A DNA stretch of 64,000 bases from Podospora anserina (Eukaryota). Position 1 is the first letter of the stretch. Every line of letters starts with the position of its first letter. The notes under the pieces were generated by a model, which was not told where the DNA came from, did not search any database, and saw only the letters and a list, made by a program, of their open reading frames with translations. Location of the stretch: positions 1 to 64,000 of the forward strand of contig CM030333.1 of NCBI GenBank assembly GCA_017654855.1, read 5' to 3'. The translations under genes and the position numbers were made by a program. Positions 1-10,799 of the stretch are shown here, piece after piece.

Positions 1-70
1 CCTAACCAACCCCCCTAACCCTAACCCTAACCCTAACCCTAACCTAACCCTAAACCCTAACCCTAACCCT
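1..70 (+). repeat. Telomeric repeat (CCCTAA)n, left chromosome end
   Basis: About 11 CCCTAA units with a few length variants (CCTAA, CCCTAAA), at the start of the window. Confidence 0.97.
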
Positions 71-2360
71 ATAGCGGGCAGCACTTCCTTTAACATAATC
101 ATAGCGGTTAGTCTTATCATATCATTATATATATACAGCGGTTGGTATGCTTTTTTCTGTCGGTACTTTTTTTAATATATTTATAGCGGTTAGTCTTAAC
201 ATATTATTATATATATATAGCGGTTAGTATGCTTTTTTCTGTCGGTACTTTTTTTAATATATTTATAGCGGTTAGTTTTAATATAATATTATATATATAT
301 AGCGTTTAGTATGCTTTTTGCTGTTAGCACTTTTTTTAATATATTTATAGCGCTTAGTCTTAATATATTATTATATATATATAGCAGTTATTATGCTTTT
401 TACTATTAATAGTTCTTTTAATATATTTATAGCGGTTAGTCTTAATATATTATTATATATATATAGCGGTTAGCATGCTTTTTACTATAAATATAGCGTT
501 TAGTATTTCTTATACTATATATCGAGCGCTTAGTTTTTATTTATTATATATATATATATTGCATTTAATATTTTTTTCTTTTTATATATAGCGGTAAGTA
601 TTTTTTTATATATATATATATCGGTTAATATATCTTTAGATATATATATAGCAGTTGATTTTTATATACTTTTATATATATATATATATAGCGGTTTAAT
701 ACTTTTTTTACTATATAGATAGCGCTTAGTTTTAACGTATCTTTATATATATTTTTAGCGGTTAGCAATTTTTTCTATATATATATAGCGGTTAGCACTT
801 CTTTCTATATATATATAGCGGTTAGTACTTCTTTCTATATATTTATAGCGGTTAATCTTAACGGATCTTTCTATATATTTATAATAATTAAAATTTCTTT
901 TTATATATTTATAGCCGTTAGCATTTTCTTTATATATATATATAAGTTAATATTCCTTTCTATATTTATATACCGGTTAACACTTTTTCCTTTTTATATA
1001 TACGGATTACTATTCCTTTCTATATTTCTATAGCGGTTAGTTTAACCTACCCTTATATATATATCGCGGTTAACACTTTTTCTATATATATATACGGGTT
1101 ACTATTCCTTTCTATATTTCTATAGCGGTTAGTTTTAACCTACCCTTATATATATATCGCGGTTAATACTTTTTCTATATATATATACGGGTTACTATCC
1201 CTTTTTATATTTCTATAGCGGTTAGTTTTAACGTATCCTTATATATATATAGCGGTTGGCCCTTTTTCCATATATATATACTAGTTTATATTCCTTTCTA
1301 TATTTATATAGCGGTTAGTTTTAATTAATATATATATATATATATTTTTACCCTTAATAGTCTTTTTATTTATATATAACAATTAATACTTTTTTATTTA
1401 TATATATACCGGTTAGTATTCCTTGCTATATATAAAGCGGTAAATCTTTATATATATTTATAGCGGTTAACACTATTTACTATATCTATATAGCGGTTAG
1501 TATTTCTTTCTATATATTTATAGCAATAAGTTTTAATAGATCTTTATATATATATATAGCGGTTAGCGCTTCTTTCCACATATATATACGGGTTACTATT
1601 CCTTTTTATATTTATATAGCGGTTAGTTTTAACGTATTTTTACATATATATATAGCGGTTAGCACTTCTTTTCACATATATATACGGGTTACTCTTCCTT
1701 TCTATATTTCTATAGCGGTTAGTTTTAACGTATCCTTATATATATATAGCGGTTAGCATTTTTTTCTATATATATATACGGGTTATTATTCCTTTCTATA
1801 TTTATATAGCGGTTAGCACTTCTTTTTATATATAGATACGGGTTACTATTCCCTTTTATATTTATATAGCGGTTAGTTTTAACGTATTTTTTTATATATA
1901 TATATCGGTTAGTACTTCTTTCCACATATATATACGGGTTACTATTTCTTCTTATATTTATATCACAATTAGTTTTAACGTATTCTTATATATATATAGC
2001 GGTTAATACTTTTTTTTATATATATATAGCGGTTAGTACTCTTATTACTATATATATAGCGGTTAATACTTTTCCTTACGTATATATAGCGCTTAATACT
2101 TTTTTCCATATATATATACCGGTTAATATTCCTTTTTATATTTATATAGCGGTTAGCACCTTATTTACTATATATATAGCGGTTAATACTTTTTTTTTAC
2201 GTATATATAGCGGGTTTAATATATTTATACTTATATATAGTTATTAGCTTTTATATAGTTTTATATATACGTATAGTAATTCGTATTCCCTCTTACTAAT
2301 ATATAGTAGTTAGTCTTTATATATCCTTATATATATATATAGCGGTTCGGGTACTTTCCT
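71..2360. repeat. Telomere-adjacent degenerate satellite (short units with a TATATATAGCGGTTAG core), RIP-mutated
   Basis: Dozens of recurring 'tatatatagcggttag' and 'tatacgggttac' cores at roughly 35-60 bp spacing; extreme AT richness and TpA excess. Confidence 0.9.
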
Positions 2361-3178
2361 ACTTATATATAATAATTATATATTCTTTAAATTTTTATAT
2401 TATAATATATAGTTTTTTTTCGTTTATATATATTAAGTATTAATATTTATATATATATATATATATCAATCTAACTTTATTTATTTAATTTACAAAGAAT
2501 AATAAATTTTATATTTTAAATTTATTTAATTAATAATTTTTTTTTACTATATATTATACCCTTATTTAATTACTTCTTTCTTTCTTTCTTTATTAATTAT
2601 TTAATTTCTTTATACTATTTAAAAATATTAATAAAAAGTCTCTTTATATTTATTAATTTCTTTTTTATTATAAAACATTATTATTTTTTTCGTAAAATAG
2701 TATATTTAAAGTTTTATAAATATATTTATATAAAGTTCGGCTATATTTTTAAAAGTATAAATAATAATATAAACTTTTTAAAGAATTCGGGGGTTTATAG
2801 GTTATATATATAAATAGTTTATTTTTAATATTTTATTTTAAATACGATATCGACTTTTCTTTTTTTATATTTTATATATTATACGTGTATAGGCTATTCT
2901 AGCCCTCTGATCAGGCCGTTCCGGTACTTATTGTATGGCTTGCGAGCCTATAATATCTTTTCTTTTTCCTACGTATAGTATAGCTTACTAGCAAGCTCTT
3001 ATTATATACATATCTTTATAATATTATAATTAATTTTATATATTCTTCTACTATCATAATATAATATTTTTCTTTATTTTTACTTTTATTTACAAAATAT
3101 ATATATATATATATTTTTTTAAATAAAAAAACCGTAGTATTACTCTATCAACTTTGGATATCTCGTACGAATTTCCTC

Positions 3179-6100
3179 CTACACCTTAACCCAAACTAAT
3201 GCCATTACAGAACACTTAATATCCGATACTTTTACCCGTACGAGTAACCGACGTACTACCCCTATCTCGTTATCTAATGTAACCCCGTATTTCCAATAAA
3301 GTGCCTTAATATCCTCTTTAAACCAACCCAAACCCCTTTTTTTAGCTATAATTAACCCCATTATTAATTTTATCCCGTACGAACAATCTTTCCCAGACTT
3401 ATAAAACGAACCCTCGTCTTCCCTTAACAATTCCCACCGCCTGCAAAACCTTTTTAGAACCCCACACTTATCACACCCCTAGAAACCTCCGTTTAGCTTT
3501 CGTACGGTACTTAAACTTAAACCCTTAACCCTTAAAAGCCAATCGCCTAACTCCACGCTTTTTTTCCAAGCCCGTTTATCTTTAAGTAAACCCTCTAATA
3601 TATATGGCTTTTCTAATCCACTAGGAAGTTTAGTTAGTTGCGGAGTATTTCGTACAACACCGTAGAATCCGCAGGCCGTCGATTACTAAAATTCGTGCCG
3701 TACGTATTCCTCCCCAGACTCGGCACACTCCAAAAAGCAAACCACATAGTTTACCCGTAACTATAAAAACGCTTTAGTTATAACCTCCACGTCTCGTACA
3801 ATATTTTTCCTCCTTTCCCGCTCTTTTATAATAACCTAACGTTACTTTTCTTTATTAATAGCTATATCGAAAGCCTGCTTGTCTATAGCCTCCGGGATTA
3901 CCGTATAATAAGACCTATAAGCCTCCTCCTCTATTCGAAATAACTCTATACGAACTACACTAGAAAACCGCTTTTTATATAACCTATATAACTCCTTGCC
4001 CTCTTTATATCCGGCCCTATCTATCCGCCCGTCCATTACCCGGGAAAGAATAATCTTATAATATAGGTTACTGTCCCGTACAAAATACTTTATCTCCAGT
4101 AACGCTAAATCCACAACTCCGGTAATTAACCTTCCGGCCGTACGATTCTTTATAAAAAAAATTATCGATTCGGCCTTTGCTCCGTCTCTCCCGGCTCGTC
4201 CGCTTTCCTAAATAAAGTCCCTCAATATCCTTGGAAGCCCGGCATAGAAAACATATCATACGTCTAGAATATCGATACCAGTACCTAGGGCAGACGTTAC
4301 TACAATAACACCACCGCTTTTAATCTACCCTCGTACGATCTTACTTTTTTAGATACTCTCTTCCACACTACTATAGTATGCCGGATACTTAAATAAATAT
4401 AAAATAACTTTAGTAAAATCGATTAAAGGGGAATAAATAATAACCCTCGTATAAGGATTACGGTTACCGATAGAATTAACTTACTAGTAAAAGGCTTAGA
4501 GGACGGCCTCTTAATCCCCACACTCAACTATAAAGTACTTAATATTCGACCGGGATATAATAGACCGTACGATAGCCACCTTTTACGAATTAAGATATAA
4601 ACTTTTGTAAAACCCTAGTAAGTCCCGAGGTAGGAGGGTAGCTATTAGGAAAAATAATTATATCCCGATTAAAGCTATATATTAGCCGATTTACCGGAGG
4701 AGTGGTCGAAATTCGTACGACGAGTCCAGAATAGTATAGTACTCGTTAAAAACAATCCGGTTAAACTATTATTGTACGTTAAGCCTATTAACGAAAGTCT
4801 TAAACGTTTTAGTATTAAAGGCCTCCGGGGTTATAAAAATAATCTAGTTAATCGAAACCTCTTTAAAGCTCCAAATCATATAACCAATCTCTAATTCTTT
4901 ATAACGCCGGGCCATATCCTCTTATAGTGCCATAAAAGGAGAAATAATAATAGTAACCCCGTCCTTCGTATAATAAGTTAGGAGTAGGAAGATAATATTT
5001 TTTCCACTGCCTATCCCGGTAATATAAAGGATTGGGCTAAACCCTTATACGATAGAAATTAATACCTCGCGCTAATTACCCTTAAAACCAGCATTAAGGT
5101 TATTAAACATCTAACGGAAATAGCCCTTAATATTAAAGCTAGCTAGGTGCCGGAGTCGTCCCTGCCGTACGGTATAACGTTAGTTCTGGAAGAGGTTAGT
5201 TTTAGTCTGCTAGAAGGTTAAAATATCGTCCGAGCCGAAGGTAAATAGCTAGTACCATAACTGGCTAAGCTTCATAAACCGCTATTATCATACGGTATGC
5301 CCTAACCTTCCTTAGTCAATATACTTAACATATACCATTCCAGCAATCCTTTCTAAGTGGCCGGTTTGGGCCGCAATAACAGGATTAAAGCCTTTATTTT
5401 CGTTATCCTTATCGTAGCTAAAATCAGACCCGTTATAATCATCGGACGACGGTACTATCTTATTTTCTAATAAACTTTTTGGAATAAAATAAGTAAGAAA
5501 TTAGCGGGCAATACCTACAGCAATATAACGCTAAAGCCGAATACTGATTTTAGATCCGAGGTGGCGCTCTATATACGATACGAGGGCCCGGCTAACTTTA
5601 TCGGACGACCATTGATTTTTTAGGTTACCGGAGGATATACTTTAGCCGGTACCCCCAGACTTAATATCTTTAAATAACTATATAAATTTAAAATCCTAAA
5701 AGAATAGGGTAGGGGTAGAGGCTCCGTTAAGCTAGTATTATAAACTAAAGCAAAAAGGGTGGATAAGCCAGAGGTATCGTACGACGCTCACACCTAACTC
5801 CCTTAGGAGATAGCGATAAATAACTTTTAGCTATCCGGTATAGCTTAACCCTTTATTATACTATAATACAATTACGATTATACCGTACTAAATAAATATA
5901 TTTCTAAGCCCTCCAACCGATATATTATAGAACCTTATACTTAAAAGCTCTATCGTACGAAGTAGTAACCTTACTAATAAATAAACGGCGATAAAAAGGA
6001 AGGATCGGAGTTTATTTACCCGGTCTAAGTACGACTAGGCCTCGGTCGTATAATAAATATAACTATCGCCCTATTCTCTTAACTAAAGTTAGGTAAGGAA

Positions 6101-7846
6101 AGGATTTTCGGTAATTCATTATACGATCCAATTCTAAAGCCGCCGGAAATATATATTACTAGGATCGGAAAGAAAGGAATATTTAATTTTATCTTAACTT
6201 ATATTATTCTTTAAATTATTTTAAGGAATCTCCGGAATAGAAATGCCCGATATTAACGAAAAAGTTAGGTCCTGGACCGTACGATTAATCTTATTAATTA
6301 AAATATATATTATTTTAACTAAAGTATTAATAGTAGTAGAGATATTTTAATATATAATAGTAGTACCGTTAAACATAAACCTATTTTCGGATACCGTAAA
6401 GCTATTAATAATTATATTATATATACGAGCCTCTAAAACCTAGTCTATCGGTATAGGGTAGTTACTTTAATAAACCTTAATTATAAACCTTAAGACTTTA
6501 GAGCGGACGATATTAAAGAAACTAGGCTTTTTGCTTACCTCTTTTAGCCGGGTAAACTCGTAAAGTAAGTATCGTACGATAAAGGCCTTACCGAGGGTAA
6601 CGATAGTAGAGAGGAATAGTATAAAGTCGGACGGGGTATACTACCTTTTATTATCCTTTAAGGCTATAGTAGTTAGAGTAAAGAGGAGGGCGCTTTCGTA
6701 TAACGACTATAGGAAAGGATAATCTAAAAGTCTAATAAAAAAATCGATAAGTATTTAATTTAATAACTTTCCTCCGGCCTTATTACTACCGTAGTGAAAC
6801 TCCTATACCACTTATATAATAATCTTTAAACTTTTTATTTAGCTAGCGTTTAAATCGTACGGTAATCGATCCTATTAATCCTAACTCTATATACGGTAAA
6901 TATACTTAAAAATCCTTTTCTAAATAAAAAAGTACTTTTGTATCGTACGAAGGACTAAGCTACTATTATTAAAAGGTTTAAAGGGTTTTTAATCGATCGT
7001 TTTTTTATTAACCTCGAATAGAACCGGGTAACCGACTTTATTGGACGACGACTTTACTATTATATCGGTAATAATTTAGTTAATCCTTTCTTAAATTTTA
7101 TAAAGGACCGTAAAGGTAATTAAATTTTTACCGTTTAATTATTCCTCGTTTAAATTAAAAAAGGTCGAACGATATACGGTTTACCGGTCTAAAGACCTAA
7201 AGTAGTATACTTAATTTATCTTATTTAGCTAGGGATTTAGAGCTAATCGTTCCTTACTTACTATAATAATTATTAATGTTTATTAGAGGGTTAAATTAAT
7301 CGTACGATAAAATACTATAAACTACTCTTTTCGTTTTTAGGTTTATTATACGAGGTTAAGACTCTCGGCTACCGGCTCCGTTAATCGTACCTTAAAATAT
7401 CTAGTAATTAACCGGCTTTTAAAAAACCGCTAATAATATATCCTAGTTATCCAAGGTCCTTAATATTATTAGGCTACTTTAATATTTCTCCCTTTTATAT
7501 TAGGGTTAACCCAATCGTACCTCGTACGGTAATACTTTTATATTACCTTTTTAGTCCGTACGATATAAGCGTAAGTATCGTACTTTAATCTATTAGAAAA
7601 AAGTTTCCTTAGTTTTAGAATTAAGTTAATTACCGTAGAAGGAAGTATAAAGTTTATTAGGTTTTATTATTTTCGAAAGACCGTTAATAAATTATTATAT
7701 TCTCGTACGATATTTAGTTTATCTATAATTATAATATTTTTATAGGACGTACGAAAATAGGTAAGTACTTTATTTATAAGAATAACTACTTTATATTTCC
7801 TATAAATAAGAATTTAAAAGCGGGAAATATAAATAAAAGGGTTTAT
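3179..7846 (-). pseudogene. Telomere-linked RecQ helicase (TLH): N-terminal zinc-finger/DUF3505-like region, tyrosine-recombinase-like middle domain, RecQ core, C-terminal Cys-rich region; RIP-destroyed
   Basis: Minus-strand translation gives ITGIGSGKN (Walker A, ~5000-5025), GVTIIISPFMAL*EDM (Ia), LNRIVFNEYYTILDSSYEFRP (DECH box after G>A/C>T reversion, ~4705-4765), LIATL (III), TSALGTGIDILDV (V), *ESGRAGRDG (VI, ~4180-4210), SRVMDGRIDR and GCDKCGV. Many TAA/TAG stops are consistent with RIP of CAA/CAG/TGG. Confidence 0.92.
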
Positions 7847-7974
7847 TTTAGTATGGTATTAATAGTAATGTGATAGTTATGTACGATGCGAGATATTATT
7901 AAATTAAAGTTTATTAATAAGTTTTTTTAGAAAAGGATACCCTATTAAAGGTAGAGTGGGTTACGTATAAGTAG

Positions 7975-8877
7975 ATAAGGGCAGTAGCGTGCGGTTACCG
8001 GGGTCTAGGTCCCGTACGATAGTTAGGGCATGCCTGGGCAGGAAAGCAGTAAGGTGCGGTTGCTAGTCCTATACGATAGTCAGGGCGTGCCTAGGCAGGA
8101 AGGCAGTGGCGTGCGGTTGCCGGGGTCTGGGTCTGCAAAAGCAGACCTTTTCCTCCAAAGTAGGCCTTTTCTTCTAAATCCCTCGACAGGCCAGCTATGC
8201 AACAGAGCCTTGTTATTCCGATCCAGGCGTCTGGGTCCCGTACGGTAGGCAAGGCTCGCCTAGGCACGAAGGCAGTAGCGTGCGGCTGCGAGGATCTGGG
8301 ACCATTTCTTCTAACTACCTCGACTGCCCAGCTGTATAACAGAGCCTTATTATTCCGATCTAGGCGTCTGGGTCCCGTACGGTAGGCAAGGCTCGCCTGG
8401 GCGCGAAGGCAGTGGCGTGCGGCTGCGAGGATCTAGGACCATTTCTTCTAACTACCTCGACTGCCCAGCTATGTAACAGAGCCTTATTATTCCGATTAAG
8501 GCGTCTAGGTGCCGTACGATGGTCAGGGCATGCCTGGGCAGGAAGGTAGTGGGGTGCGGTTGCCGGATCTGGGTCTTTAAAAGCGGACCTTTTCTTCCAA
8601 ATCCCTCGATAGGCTAGCTTTACAATAGAGCGTTATTATTCCGATCAAAGCATCTAGGTGCCGTACGATAGTTAGGGCATGCCTCGGCAGGAAGGCAGTG
8701 GCGTATAGTTGCCAGTCCCGTACGATGGTCAGGGCATGCCTCGGCAGGAAGGTAGTGGCGTACGGTTGCCGGGGTCTGGGTCTGTAAAGCAGGCCTTTTC
8801 TTCTAAATCCCTCGATAGGCTAGCTATGCAATATAGCCTTGTTATTCCGATCAAGCCGTCTAAGTGCCGTACGATAA
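7975..8877. repeat. GC-rich modular minisatellite (modules of ~57, ~137 and ~149 bp), copy 1
   Basis: Repeated 'cccgtacg...gcctgggcaggaaggcagtggcgtgcggttgcc' and 'ttcttccaa...ctcgac...agagccttattattccgatc' blocks; CGTACG at 8239, 8376, 8513, 8662 and 8719. Confidence 0.9.
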
Positions 8878-9299
8878 GGTTTAATTAAAAAATATAGATA
8901 TTTAGTTCCCGGACGGTTATATAGTAGGCCTATCGTACAATAGAACAATATAAACATCGTACAATAAAACAATATAAATATCGTACAATAGAATATTATA
9001 TAATTCTTATACGGGGTTTATAGATTTATCGTTTACTAGTATTGTCGCCTAAAAGGTAATATAAAGATCTTAAGGTATAATAACTAAGCGGTATATACGG
9101 TTTTAAAGTTTCTAGAGGTATAGGTTTAATTTTAATTAAGGCCCTTTTTTAATAAACTTTTAATCGTACAAATTAATTAACTTTTAAACAAATATTTAAA
9201 ATAGCTTTTATCTTTATTACCTGTAGCTCGTACAAAGTTATCGATACTAGCTAGCCTCATATTAGGAGCCTAATAAATAACTTCTATATTAATATTAAT

Positions 9300-9719
9300 A
9301 TATATCTTTCCCGTATAATAATACTTAAATTAATAAATATATAAGAAATATAATAAATAATTTCGGCTCTACTATCGGCCGATATCGAATGCGTTTCCGG
9401 TAAAGTAAAGGGGGCTAAAGTACTAACTCGTCCGAGCTACTTAAATACAATTTTAATCCAAAACCGTAGTTTAGTAGCTACCTCTCCCTATATTACCTAT
9501 ACTAGTAAGCCTAATAGAGGGCCGTTTAAGGATTATCGTACGACAGATAGGTATTAGGGTAATACTTATAGTAATTACAAGTGGAGGGATTACGGTAGTA
9601 AATATAGCTTCTATACCGCTAAATAAAGCGGTATTAAAACTAAGGAAGAGAGCGAAGGAAATAAGGGAGCGGCGGAAGAGAGCTAGGAACCTATAATTAT
9701 TAGTAATTCCGATAATTAA
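9300..9719 (+). pseudogene. DUF3716-like small Cys-rich protein, RIP-mutated, copy 1
   Basis: Translates RPSYLNTILIQNRS...SPYITY...RGPFKDYRT...*GNTYSNYKWRDYGSKYSF. Reverting TAY to TGY gives NAxLIQSRG...CxxC...GPFxxC...GxCxNCKWRD...CS, matching my recollection of the DUF3716 pattern; copy 2 still reads NCKWRD. Confidence 0.75.
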
Positions 9720-9744
9720 ATAAATCGTATAATAATAAAAGTCA

Positions 9745-10694
9745 ATTAATTTTATATTTTTTATTTATAATTCTATACCGCTCGTATAATAATACACTTT
9801 ATACTATTTTATACAATTCGTTTAAGTAATTCTAATATTATCTTTACTTTTTATTTTAACGGGAAAAATCCTATCGAATCGTACAACTTACCTTTCCATT
9901 ACCCAACCTTATTTTACTATCCACGTACATTACTAATATACTTATACCTAACTTTATATCTTTTACTTATAATTCCACACCGCTCGTATAATAATATACC
10001 TTATACTATTCTATATAGCTCGTTCAGTTATTTCTAATAATATCTTTACTTTTTATTTTAATAAGAGAAATCCTATCGAATCGTACAACTTACTTTTCTA
10101 TTACCCAACCTCACTTTACTATCTACGTACATTATTAGCATACTTATACCTAACTTCATATCTACTATTTATAATTCCACACCGCTCGTATAATAATATA
10201 CTTTATACTATTTTATATAGCTCGTTTAGGTAATTCTAATAGTGTTTTTACTTTTTATATTAATAGGAGAAATCCCATCGGATCGTACAACTTACCCTTC
10301 CATCACCTAACCTCACTTTACTATCTACATACATTACCAGCATACTTATACCTAACTTTATATTTTTTATTTATAATTCTATACCGCTCGTACGATAATA
10401 CACCTTATACCATTCTATGCAGCTCGTCTAGGCGATTCTAATACTATCTTTGCTTTTTATTTTAACGGGAGAAATCCTATCGGATCGTACAACTTACCCT
10501 TCCATCACCTAACCTCACTTTACTATCTACGTACATTACTAGCATACTTATACCTAACTTTATATCTTTTACTTACAATTCCACACCGCTCGTACGATAA
10601 TGCACCTTATACCATTCTATACAGCTCGTCCAAGCGATTCTAATACTATCTTTGCTTTTTATTTTGACGGGAGAAATCCCATCGGATCGTACAA
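9745..10694. repeat. 202-bp tandem array, ~5 units (copy 1)
   Basis: Marker 'gagaaatcc(c/t)atcggatcgtacaac' recurs at 9870, 10072, 10274, 10476 and 10678. Confidence 0.95.
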
Positions 10695-10799
10695 CTGAAT
10701 TCTTCAACGGATCCTACCCCCTGTTTCTAAAGTGGGGCCTTTTTTTTGGTGCGCTTTTCAACGGATTGTACTACAATCCATCGGAAAATAACTAATAGG
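10695..10799. other. Conserved element terminus (copy 1) with palindrome GGATTGTA-C-TACAATCC
   Basis: Near-identical to 18521-18625 and 20325-20428; homology stops at ...CTRATAGG in all three. Confidence 0.85.

Larger units (their letters stand above)
71..10799 (-). mobile_element. Subtelomeric TLH element, copy 1 (apparently complete; RIP-inactivated)
   Basis: Contains satellite, TLH, GC-rich minisatellite, DUF3716-like gene, 202-bp array and the conserved terminus CTAATAGG; 5216-10799 is collinear with 10799-18625. Confidence 0.75.

Noticed and set aside
1-70. Variant telomere units as biological signal
   Set aside because: Homopolymer-length variants at a contig end are typical of sequencing or consensus error
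68-72. 5-bp terminal inverted repeat CCTAT...ATAGG between the telomere junction and the element terminus
   Set aside because: Too short, and partly made of telomere sequence; could easily be chance
100-2350. GGTTAG within the satellite as inverted telomere repeats
   Set aside because: Less-mutated units read GCGGTTGG (e.g. ~138 and ~1252), so GGTTAG is probably a RIP product (TG>TA)
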